A program made the position numbers and the translations under genes. Of a stretch of 32,000 bases of DNA, positions 1-7,974 are shown one piece after another. Origin of the DNA: Okeania sp. (GTDB taxonomy: Bacteria > Cyanobacteriota > Cyanobacteriia > Cyanobacteriales > Microcoleaceae); NCBI RefSeq assembly GCF_035285525.1, contig NZ_JAYKGW010000248.1:1-32000 (forward strand), written 5' to 3'. Position 1 is the stretch's first letter. The number at the start of each line of letters is the position of its first letter. The notes beneath the pieces were generated by a model. The model searched no databases, had not been told where the DNA came from, and saw only the letters and a list, made by a program, of their open reading frames with translations.

Positions 1-124
1 AGTAGCAGGGGCGGGTCTAGCTAGCTTCAGGTCAAGACTCGTGAGCTTACTGGTGAGTAGCAGGGGCGGGTCTAGCTAGCTTCAGGTCAAGACTCGTGAG
101 CTTACTGGTGAGACCCGCCCCTAC
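1..124. repeat. 55-bp direct tandem repeat (units 1-55 and 56-110) plus terminal inverted repeat; may continue left of the window
   Basis: Unit AGTAGCAGGGGCGGGTCTAGCTAGCTTCAGGTCAAGACTCGTGAGCTTACTGGTG occurs twice without mismatch. AGACCCGCCCCT (111-122) is the reverse complement of AGGGGCGGGTCT inside each unit. Confidence 0.85.
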
Positions 125-362
125 AGAGGTGGTGTAACTTCCTACTAATTAGGAATTTTTGCTGTTTTCTGATGGTAGAACCTGATTCTCCAAAGCTAGC
201 GGGTTTGATATTACACAAATAAATGCGGTTTTGACAATAAAAAAGAGGAAATAAGGAATAGGAAAAAAGAATTATTTTGAAATTGGAGCTACTAAAAAAA
301 AGCTTCTCCAATTAATTTTTAGACAGCTATCTCTATCATTTTTCTTTTTTTTCAATATTTCC

Positions 363-448
363 AGGACTTAGGCATGCGAAACCTGGTTTCTTTGGTAAAT
401 CATTGTTTTTAATAATAAACATCTGGGAGAAACCTGGTTTCTGGGTTC
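363..448 (+). repeat. Small dispersed NIE/MITE-like element: AGGACTTA head plus two GAAACCnGGTTTC palindromes
   Basis: GAAACCTGGTTTC is present twice (380-392, 429-441), separated by AAATCATTGTTTTTAATAA. Related copies lie at 7675-7748 (same orientation) and 22503-22587 (inverted). Confidence 0.7.
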
Positions 449-453
449 AATAT

Positions 454-481
454 TTCTTCCTTCTTCGTTCTTTTTTCTTCC
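454..481. repeat. Homopyrimidine (CT) tract flush against the glyS stop codon
   Basis: TTCTTCCTTCTTCGTTCTTTTTTCTTCC ends one base before the stop at 482-484. On the glyS mRNA sense strand it reads as a GA-rich 3' tract. Confidence 0.8.
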
Positions 482-2644
482 TTAACTTTTAACTATTTGC
501 CCAAAGTCTGCTAATACCCTCGCATTATTCCGAAGTATACCCAATAAATTCAAGCGATTTTGTTGAATTTTGGGGTCAGGATCCATTACTAATACACTTT
601 CTGGTCCATCAAAGAAATTACTAACTGTGGGAGCTATTTTTGCTAAAGCATCGACTAATTGTTGATAATTCCTAGTTTTTTGAGATATTTCTGTTTGAGG
701 AACTAGCTCAACTAAAGCATCATAAAAATCTGATTCGGATTTACTTTTAAACAGTTTTGCATCTACAACTTCTCCAGGTGTAATTTGCATTTTATTCAAT
801 TCACCTTGAGCTGCTAAACGAGTTGAACGATTGACAGTTTCATAGATTTTATCAAGCATACCATTTTGCCGAATATTTTGTAAGAAAACTGCTCGGTTAC
901 GCACATCTAATAAATCTTTTAATCCTCTTTCCTGATATTCAGAATCATTATCTCCTAAAACTGCATTTACCAAATCATAATCAAGATTTTTTTCTTCTTG
1001 TAAAATAGTTCTAATTCGCTGTAAGAAAAATTCAAATAATTGTGGTAATAGCTCAGAATTTGCTTCTGCATAAATTTTTATAAAACTCTCAGCAGCTTGT
1101 TCTAATAATTGATGTAAATTTAATGGTAAATTCGCCGACCAAGTAATATTAATTACAGCATTTGCAGCTCGACGTAAAGCAAAAGGATCGGCGGAACCTG
1201 TAGGTAACATTCCTAATCCAAAAATACTCACCAAAGTATCCAGTTTATCTGCCAAACTTACAACTTTACCGACAATCGTTTCTGGTAAAATATCTCCTGC
1301 ACCTCTAGGCAAATAATGTTCAAAAATTGCCGTTGCTACTGCTTCATTTTCTCCACCAGCACGGGCATATTTTTCTCCCATTACTCCTTGTAATTCCGGA
1401 AATTCATAAACCATTTGAGTTACTAAGTCAGCTTTGCAAAGTAGAGCTGCTCTTTCTATATTTTCCGATTCTACTTGACTAACTTCTAATTGTTCAGCAA
1501 TTAATTTAGCTATATTAATAATACGTTTTACTTTTTCTCCCATTGAGCCTAATTTTGCTTGAAAAGTAACTGTTTCTAATTCCGGCAAATAACTTTCTAA
1601 TGGTTTAGATAAATCTGCTTTATAGAAAAATTGTCCGTCAGCTAATCTGGCTTTAATTACTCTTTCATTTCCTTTAGCAATAATCTCTGATTTTTCTGGG
1701 TCGCCATTAGAAATAGTAATAAAATATGGTAACAATTCTATTTCTTTAGTAGTTTTTGGAGATTTTAAAACTGGAAAATAACGTTGATGTGTCACCATTA
1801 CAGTTGTGGTAACTTCCGCAGGTAAAATTAAAAATTCTTCGTCAAATTTTCCAACTACTGCTGTGGGAAATTCTACTAAATTTGTAACTTCTACTAATAA
1901 TTCTTCGGGAATTTCTGCTGTGCCTTCAACTTCTTTAGCAGCAGTTTTTATTTGTTCTTCTATCTGGCTTTTTCTTTGTTGATAGTCTACTTCAATATAT
2001 CCTTTTCTCAACTCTTCCACATAATCTTTGGCTTGAGAAATTTCTATTGGTTGAGGATGTAAAACTCGATGACCGTAAGATAGGCGATCGCTGGTTATTT
2101 TTTCTGAACCATTCTCTAAATTTATCGGCAATATTTCATCATCTAATAATGATACTAACCATCTAATTGGGCGGGGAAATTTAATATCTCCATCCGCCCA
2201 ACGCATGAATCTTTTACCTTCTAATTTATTAATCCATTCTGGGATTAATTCTGTCAAAATTGCTGTTGTTTGTTGACCTTTAATTTTTTTATTTACGAAG
2301 ACAAAATCACCTTTTTCTGTAGGGCGTATTTCTAGGTCACTAAGTTCGACTCCTTGCTTTTTCGTAAATCCTTCTGCTGCTTTAGTAGGTTTACCATCCT
2401 TAAAAGCTGCTTTTGCTGGAGGTCCTTTAATTTCTTCTTCTCGGTCTGGTTGTTTAATTGGTAAACCATTAATCACCACTGCTAAACGTCTAGGGGTTGC
2501 GTATACATTAACTGCATCATTTGTCAAGTATGCTTCTGTAAGGGTTGTGGGAATAAGTTTTTGCCACTGTTGTATAGCTTCAGAAACAAAAGTTGCAGGT
2601 AATTCTTCTGTACCAATTTCTAATAAAAATGTTGCCATTGTCAT
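482..2644 (-). CDS. glyS: Glycine--tRNA ligase beta subunit
   Basis: 720-aa ORF. The N-terminus (MT)[17 protein letters not shown] and the length are typical of GlyRS beta. The first ATG (2642-2644) is part of the adjoining heptamer-array motif CTGAAATGAC, so the second ATG (2636-2638) may be the true start. Confidence 0.95.
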   Translation of the reverse strand: MTMATFLLEIGTEELPATFVSEAIQQWQKLIPTTLTEAYLTNDAVNVYATPRRLAVVINGLPIKQPDREEEIKGPPAKAAFKDGKPTKAAEGFTKKQGVELSDLEIRPTEKGDFVFVNKKIKGQQTTAILTELIPEWINKLEGKRFMRWADGDIKFPRPIRWLVSLLDDEILPINLENGSEKITSDRLSYGHRVLHPQPIEISQAKDYVEELRKGYIEVDYQQRKSQIEEQIKTAAKEVEGTAEIPEELLVEVTNLVEFPTAVVGKFDEEFLILPAEVTTTVMVTHQRYFPVLKSPKTTKEIELLPYFITISNGDPEKSEIIAKGNERVIKARLADGQFFYKADLSKPLESYLPELETVTFQAKLGSMGEKVKRIINIAKLIAEQLEVSQVESENIERAALLCKADLVTQMVYEFPELQGVMGEKYARAGGENEAVATAIFEHYLPRGAGDILPETIVGKVVSLADKLDTLVSIFGLGMLPTGSADPFALRRAANAVINITWSANLPLNLHQLLEQAAESFIKIYAEANSELLPQLFEFFLQRIRTILQEEKNLDYDLVNAVLGDNDSEYQERGLKDLLDVRNRAVFLQNIRQNGMLDKIYETVNRSTRLAAQGELNKMQITPGEVVDAKLFKSKSESDFYDALVELVPQTEISQKTRNYQQLVDALAKIAPTVSNFFDGPESVLVMDPDPKIQQNRLNLLGILRNNARVLADFGQIVKS

Positions 2645-2671
2645 TTCAGTTATCAGTTATCAGTTATCAGT
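2645..2671 (-). repeat. STRR-type heptamer array, reads (CTGATAA)3-CTGAA-ATG on the glyS strand
   Basis: The plus strand reads TTCAGTTATCAGTTATCAGTTATCAGT directly after the CAT of the glyS start. Confidence 0.9.
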
Positions 2672-2736
2672 ACCTCCCAGCTATTGCCAGAAGTTTGAAA
2701 TACTGAAGTTTATGGGAATAATTACCACAGTTTAGC

Positions 2737-2770
2737 AGAAAGAAGGAAGAAGGAAGAAGGGAAGAGGAAA
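2737..2770. repeat. Homopurine (GA) tract about 95-130 nt upstream of glyS (CT-rich on the glyS sense strand)
   Basis: AGAAAGAAGGAAGAAGGAAGAAGGGAAGAGGAAA. Confidence 0.8.
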
Positions 2771-2974
2771 TATCTAAAAAATCCTTAGTAAACTGAGTCT
2801 TATTGTGGTGTTTCAACAAATTAAAATACTTTTCCTATCCCTTATTCTGGTGCTGCTGAAACCAGGGGATGAATCTTTGGATAAAAGGTAAATCCCATCT
2901 TTTACTTCTTCTTTCTATAAAACTATAGCAATCCTATTTTATTTGTGTATAAAAATCCTATTGCTTTTAGGGAA

Positions 2975-3230
2975 TAGTTCAATAATGGATAATTGATAAT
3001 TGATAATTATCTCTCCCTAAAAGGAAGAGCATTCAATAAAAGGAAAAAATTTATTTCTCAAGGGGAGATTAGAAATGGTTAGGGAACTCATCCATCTCAC
3101 CCTACAGGAAGCTCGGCTTTTCATGTCGGCTTAATCAAGGGCCGAAACGACCGCTTTTTCCCTTTTAAAGGGGAGGCTTCAAGGGACGAATTATTTAATT
3201 ATTTAATTATTTAATTATTAATTCTTCGGT
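2975..3230 (+). mobile_element. Composite IR-bounded non-coding element flanked by AT-rich heptamer arrays (ATAATTG)n and (TTAATTA)n; copy 1
   Basis: The left end TAATGGATAATTGATAATTGATAATTATCTCTCCCTAAAAGG and the right end GCTTTTTCCCTTTTAAAGGGGAGG...GAATTATTTAATTATT both recur in the reverse complement of 11525-11745. The termini CTCTCCCTAAAAGG / CCTTTTAAAGGGGAG are inverted repeats. The internal region differs between copies. Confidence 0.6.
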
Positions 3231-3322
3231 AAGAGTTTGAGTTTTTTTTATCTACTTTTTAATTGGTCGCAACATAAGCACGGATTGCCATATAATCCAT
3301 CCCGTAAATATGCAATGCCCTA

Positions 3323-3367
3323 ATTATCCATTATCCATTATCCATTATCAATTATTAATTATCCATT
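3323..3367. repeat. Heptamer array (TTATCCA)n degenerating into TTATCAA/TTAATTA
   Basis: TTATCCATTATCCATTATCCATTATCAATTATTAATTATCCATT. Confidence 0.8.
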
Positions 3368-3779
3368 CGTAACAATTCAGACATTATTTTTTGAAGTTCA
3401 AACTTAAAATTTAAGTAAGCATTTATAAGGGATTAGTTTCTCAAGAAAATTAAAAAATTAAGATATGAAAATGGCTTTAAATGAATATGACCTTGAAAGT
3501 CGGCTTTGATAAGAAAATTCAATTTACCTCAATTAATAAAGCTTTGTTTATTGTTTATTGCTCCTAAAATAAATAGCTGACCGCTGTTGGCGTAGCATTC
3601 CGTAGGAAATGCTTACCTGAATTATTATTAATTCCTTTCTCAGTCAACTTTCAGACAAAGGCTAGTTAAAACTAATCTATTTTATGTAATTTATATAGCC
3701 ATAAGAAATCAGAGGTAATTCTCCATTATCCAAATTATGAAAACCTATTTATAATTCCTATAAGTTCCATGTATTAATT

Positions 3780-3888
3780 TATCAAAATAATCGGATCTAA
3801 AACCCCTACTTATAAGGCGAAACGTTTTTGGAGCTTTGCTCTAAGTTCCCTTTACAAAAACAACTTTTGACTTCTGAATTCTGACTTC
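3780..3888 (+). repeat. About 110-bp dispersed repeat, copy 1 (inverted partner at 14931-15032)
   Basis: TTATCAAAATAATCGGATCTAAAACCCCTACTTATAAGGCGAAACG...CCCTTTACAAAAACAACTTTTGACTTCTGA aligns with the reverse complement of 14931-15032. By eye the identity is roughly three quarters. Confidence 0.7.
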
Positions 3889-4384
3889 ATTAAAGAGGAT
3901 TTAAGGAACGGATTTTATAGAGATTGTAGCATTTACTATCACAGCCAAAATGTCTATGGTACAAAGATTTTACTATTAACATTTATACTTCAAAATCCTA
4001 ATAATCCGCTGTAAAACTTAGCAAGATTATATAATAAAGAATAAATCAATAAACTTTATTTTTATTTAGTTCAAAGGCCATTCAATTTGCCAAAATCTAT
4101 GAAATCAGATTTCAATTTTAAAAAGATATACAATTTAAGTTGAATACAAAAATTTAAGTAACTCAAGCAAATAATAAAAAACTTGCATCAGCAGACCATT
4201 TATTCTACCTTATTCCTAAATATTTCCCAAATACTCTAGCCTACCAAAAGTTGTACATAATGACCAAAATAAGGTCTCAACCTCCCCCTCCCTGGACTTA
4301 GCTCCTCCGCTAGCTTGTCGTTCTACAAGGGTAAAAAAAATAAACCTTAGTATTTCCAGCCTTTGGCTTCACAGAGGTATTCGT

Positions 4385-4412
4385 AACTGATAACTGATAA
4401 CTGATAACTGAA
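4385..4412 (+). repeat. STRR-type heptamer array (AACTGAT)n ending CTGAA immediately before ATG 4413
   Basis: AACTGATAACTGATAACTGATAACTGAA followed by ATGAC. Confidence 0.9.
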
Positions 4413-5198
4413 ATGACTACTTTCAATATGTACATGACTGCTGCAACTAAGACTCACAACCAATCTCTTTCTAATTCTAGGGATTTTGCTAGCTTCAGAA
4501 CAGCAGCAATCAAGTCTTGTGGGGTGACAATGACCTACCAAACTGGACAACAATCTTATCAGGTACTCAATAATATTGACTTGACTATCAAGAAAGGTGA
4601 TGTCCAACTATTGATGGGACCATCTGGTTCTGGCAAAACTACGTTGCTGTCCATTTTAGCAGGATTATTAACACCAACATCTGGCAGAGTTTGTCTCTTG
4701 GGACAAGAAATTACGAAAATGTCCAGAGAACAATTGACCAAATTTCGACTTGAAAATATCGGCTTTATTTTTCAGGGGTTTAACTTATTTCCAGCATTAA
4801 CCGCTACAGAAAATATAGAAGTGGCTTTGAATATGAAGGGTATTAAAGGTAAGGCAGCAAAACATGAAGCTCAGACACTTTTGGAACAGGTAGGGTTAGC
4901 TCCTCAAGCCAAACTACATCCACGAGATTTGTCTGGTGGCCAAAAACAAAGGGTAGCGATCGCTCGTGCCCTATCTGGAAGTCCTAAAATAATTATGGCT
5001 GATGAACCAACAGCGGCTTTAGATTCTCGTAGTGGTCATACGGTGATTGAGTTATTGCGTCGGTTGGCTAAGGAGGGTGGTTGTACGGTATTAATGGTAA
5101 CTCACGATCCGAGAATATTAGATTCTGCTGATAGAGTGGTTTATCTTGAGGATGGAGTTGTACAGGAAAATAAACTTTTATCAGATAATTTGTTATAA
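4413..5198 (+). CDS. ABC transporter ATP-binding protein, MacB/LolD/DevA-like subfamily, orphan (no permease or adaptor gene nearby)
   Basis: Walker A GPSGSGKTT, signature LSGGQKQR, Walker B IIMADEPT, H-loop VTHD. The start is uncertain (ATGs at 4413, 4428, 4434, 4530). The first about 30 aa look non-conserved and the first ATG belongs to the heptamer motif. Confidence 0.9.
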   Translation: MTTFNMYMTAATKTHNQSLSNSRDFASFRTAAIKSCGVTMTYQTGQQSYQVLNNIDLTIKKGDVQLLMGPSGSGKTTLLSILAGLLTPTSGRVCLLGQEITKMSREQLTKFRLENIGFIFQGFNLFPALTATENIEVALNMKGIKGKAAKHEAQTLLEQVGLAPQAKLHPRDLSGGQKQRVAIARALSGSPKIIMADEPTAALDSRSGHTVIELLRRLAKEGGCTVLMVTHDPRILDSADRVVYLEDGVVQENKLLSDNLL

Positions 5199-5220
5199 AT
5201 TTTTGTGAAATATTATTGAC

Positions 5221-5252
5221 AACTGATAACTAACAAGTAACTAATAACTGAA
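5221..5252 (+). repeat. Degenerate heptamer array ending AACTGAA immediately before ATG 5253
   Basis: AACTGATAACTAACAAGTAACTAATAACTGAA followed by ATGAC. Confidence 0.7.
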
Positions 5253-5477
5253 ATGACAATCCTACTTGAAAGAATCACCATTAATCCTCGTCAATGTGGT
5301 GGTCGTCCCTGTATACGAGGCATGAGAATTAGGGTATCAGATGTATTAGATTTATTTGCAGCTGGTCTCAGTGCAGGAGAAATTTTAGAAGAAATGCCCG
5401 ATCTTGAAGAGGATGATTTGAAAGCCTCGCTTTTATATGCTTCACGGAAACTTAACCACCCAATTTTAGTGCCATGA
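5253..5477 (+). CDS. DUF433 (COG2442) family protein, putative antitoxin
   Basis: 74 aa. NPRQCGGRPCIRGMRIRVSDVL is the hallmark DUF433 motif. Its stop overlaps the next ORF's start (ATGA at 5474-5477). Confidence 0.8.
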   Translation: MTILLERITINPRQCGGRPCIRGMRIRVSDVLDLFAAGLSAGEILEEMPDLEEDDLKASLLYASRKLNHPILVP

Positions 5478-5812
5478 TAATTTGGGTTGATGCACATCTG
5501 TCTCCTGCAATTTCAATCTGGATTAGTAGTACATTTGAGATTGAGGCTTTAGCTTTGCGCGATCTTGGACTGAGAGATGCTGAAGATTATGAAATCTTTG
5601 AAGCGGCAAAAGCTCAGGGAGTTATCATAATGACTAAAGATAGAGATTTTGTAGATTTGGCTGAACGACTTGGTTATCCTCCACAAATTATTTGGCTGAC
5701 TTGTGGCAATACTTCTAATACTCGGTTGCGTGAAATTTTGAGCGAGACGTTGCCGAGAGCTTTAGAGCTTTTAGCTGCTGGCGAGAAATTAGTAGAAATT
5801 AGCGGAAACTAA
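5474..5812 (+). CDS. DUF5615 / PIN-like (COG4634-type) protein, putative toxin partner of DUF433
   Basis: 112 aa. There is a 4-bp overlap with the upstream gene. The N-terminal IWVDAHLSP and the TKDRDF acidic motif fit the PIN-like family that is usually paired with DUF433. Confidence 0.7.
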   Translation: MIIWVDAHLSPAISIWISSTFEIEALALRDLGLRDAEDYEIFEAAKAQGVIIMTKDRDFVDLAERLGYPPQIIWLTCGNTSNTRLREILSETLPRALELLAAGEKLVEISGN

Positions 5813-6154
5813 TTGTACAGATAAGCATTATGGACATTAGGTAAAGAGACACTACTTTTTCATCCAAACTATGGGATAAATAAATTTGATTATGATCGAT
5901 CTCCTTTCTATCTTTTTTATAGTTCTAACGCTCACCTTTGCTATAATATCAGGATTCAACTCAATCTACCCCATTGTGGAATTATTTTCACATGAGCTGC
6001 TCTGTCTTAATTTTTATCAACAGGAGTTGATTAGCAGTCAATTTGGGCTACAAATAGTAAGCTTAATCCTTGGCATTAAAACATCTTTTCATCCGAAATG
6101 TAGGTTTTATCTTTACCTTTTTTGATATTTTTACTTACTAATTCTCAATTTTTT

Positions 6155-7186
6155 TCATTCAATTGAAAAACGGTTTCCTCGATAGCATCCTTGAAAAGAA
6201 GTTAAATTAGTATCAGTCAATTTCTCAAGTTTAGTTACTAAAGAAACCGTCTCAGAATTAGGAGAAAGTTTATTCCACTTATAAACAAATTCACCTAAAT
6301 ATTTACCTGTTCCTTCGTAACTAAACTCTTCTATAGGAATGCCAGAAACACCAGAAATTTTCTGGTCATGGTATCCATTAATAATAATTTTTTCTATCTT
6401 AACATCTTTACCCAAACTTAAATTCCAATCTACAGGTTCGTAGGAGGATAATGCTAATATTATGGGTTGGTTTTGGCGTTCTATCGAAACATTAATAATA
6501 CCAGTAGGATGATATCTTCCTTTATGATCGGAACTTGCTTCATACACACCTATTAAATGCAGTTCCTTATTTCTTTTAGGGGTATTAAAAAAAGATGAAA
6601 AATCATTACTACCTCCAACACCACAAGCCGCACTACCAACTACTACTTGAGGAATTGGATTTTGATTAGCTTGCTGTGAAAATCTTGACCTAATCAATGA
6701 CCAACTACCAAAACTTAAAGTAGCAAATAAAGCACCAAAAATTCCTATAGGAATTAAGGGTTTAATAGAATGAGCAAATAAATCTAATCTCAGTCGTTCT
6801 GTTTGAGTATTAAAAATAGAGATGCCATGATTTTTTTCATCCAGAGCAGCTAATAAATTTAAACTTTCTGGTTGTTCAAACATTGTTGGAACTATTGTGG
6901 CTTCTGCTACATATAAATTTCGATTTTTTCTATCTAGAATTAACCAATATTTATCAGTTTCATCTAATTGATAATCTTTAAGTTCAACACTTACCAAAGG
7001 ATGGTGAATAAAAATTTCCCAAGCAGGATTAATACCTGCACCAAAATTGTGATTATCATTATAAATAACTTGGTTGGTTTCTGGTTCCCAGTGAAAAGCT
7101 ACCCAACGATAGTTTGCTTGATATCCTAATGATTTTTCTAATTTTGGGTGAGCTGTTAAATTTAATGGTTTTATTAAGTGAGACAT
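6155..7186 (-). CDS. Hypothetical bitopic membrane protein (N-terminal about 160-aa domain, one TM helix, C-terminal about 170-aa domain)
   Basis: A long ORF in an AT-rich background. The TM segment is IKPLIPIGIFGALFATLSFGSWSLI. The track ORF begins at a TTG (7219), and the first ATG is at 7184-7186 (MSHLIKPLN...). I recognise no domain. Confidence 0.6.
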   Translation of the reverse strand: MSHLIKPLNLTAHPKLEKSLGYQANYRWVAFHWEPETNQVIYNDNHNFGAGINPAWEIFIHHPLVSVELKDYQLDETDKYWLILDRKNRNLYVAEATIVPTMFEQPESLNLLAALDEKNHGISIFNTQTERLRLDLFAHSIKPLIPIGIFGALFATLSFGSWSLIRSRFSQQANQNPIPQVVVGSAACGVGGSNDFSSFFNTPKRNKELHLIGVYEASSDHKGRYHPTGIINVSIERQNQPIILALSSYEPVDWNLSLGKDVKIEKIIINGYHDQKISGVSGIPIEEFSYEGTGKYLGEFVYKWNKLSPNSETVSLVTKLEKLTDTNLTSFQGCYRGNRFSIE

Positions 7187-7305
7187 AATTAACTTAGGAA
7201 ATAAGTTTGATAGTGGCAATGTTCAGTTTTATGAACTAGCAAACAAAAGAGATACAAAAATCTGGGATTTTGCCAGATTAAACTATAAGTCAGGTGGAAA
7301 TAACA

Positions 7306-7611
7306 ATGCTCAAACTAAAACGAGATTCCGGCTCGGTTGATTTATTGCGTGCATATAAAGTTGTGCTTGATGGTAACATAATAGGCTATATTAAAAATGG
7401 TGAAGAAAGAGAATTTGATATTGCAGAAGGAAATCACGACTTATTTCTTAAAATTGATTGGTGTCGTAGCAATGTTCTTAGTTTTAAAGATAATGCTAAT
7501 ACAGTTAATTTTGAATGTGGGAGTAGCTGTAGAGGCTGGAAAGCTTTTCTGGTTATTATCTATATTATATTCCTCCCGAATAAGTACCTATGGTTAAAAA
7601 AGAATCTGTAA
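7306..7611 (+). CDS. Hypothetical small protein with C-terminal hydrophobic segment
   Basis: The track ORF starts at GTG 7294. ATG 7306 is preceded by AGGTGG 9 nt upstream (SD-like). The C-terminal AFLVIIYIIFLP is a probable membrane anchor. I recognise no family. Confidence 0.45.
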   Translation: MLKLKRDSGSVDLLRAYKVVLDGNIIGYIKNGEEREFDIAEGNHDLFLKIDWCRSNVLSFKDNANTVNFECGSSCRGWKAFLVIIYIIFLPNKYLWLKKNL

Positions 7612-7674
7612 TTTCTCCATGAACTAGGACAGCAATTTTAGTACACTCTACTTTCATTAGTAAGATTAGTCTAA

Positions 7675-7748
7675 AGAAACCTGATTTTTAGGATAAATCG
7701 TTGTTTTTATAACAGAAACCTAGGCAAAAATTTGGTTTCCGGGTTTGT
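7675..7748 (+). repeat. NIE/MITE-like element, same family as 363-448
   Basis: AGAAACCTGATTTTTAGGATAAATCGTTGTTTTTATAACAGAAACCTAGGCAAAAATTTGGTTTCCGGGTTTG parallels the 363-448 copy. Confidence 0.6.
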
Positions 7749-7974
7749 TCACCGACACAGCAATTTCCAAAGTTATGAGGTACAATGATTTTTCTTCTTT
7801 TCTGTTCCCTATTCCCCATTTCCTGTTCTCTCAAACCTAAAATTTTTACCTCATAACAACGGGAAGCACTTTGTATTTATCATAGATTCAGTAATTATAA
7901 ACACACACTATAAAAATAAAAGTTGTATTTTTTAGCTGCTCATCAACTCCGTAATTAAGATCATATATTTCTCA

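Noticed and set aside
102-311. Short ORFs that run through repeats or intergenic AT-rich DNA (102-311, 2547-2735, 4347-4607, 7397-7597, 8766-8960, 10242-10481, 17202-17444, 22304-22543)
   Set aside because: Each reads across tandem arrays, MITEs or the ends of real genes. None has an SD or any family resemblance, and several start inside neighbouring genes.
2645-4412. Eroded devB/devC-type genes upstream of the orphan DevA-like ATPase
   Set aside because: Translating stretches just upstream of 4413 by eye gave only short stop-ridden peptides with no FtsX or membrane-fusion-protein resemblance. This is kept only as a hypothesis to test by blastx.
5886-6125. 79-aa hydrophobic ORF between the TA pair and the 343-aa protein gene
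   Set aside because: It has a TTG start (internal ATG at 5892), no SD and no recognisable family. The hydrophobic character is expected from T-rich DNA. I cannot exclude a real small membrane protein, but I cannot support it either.
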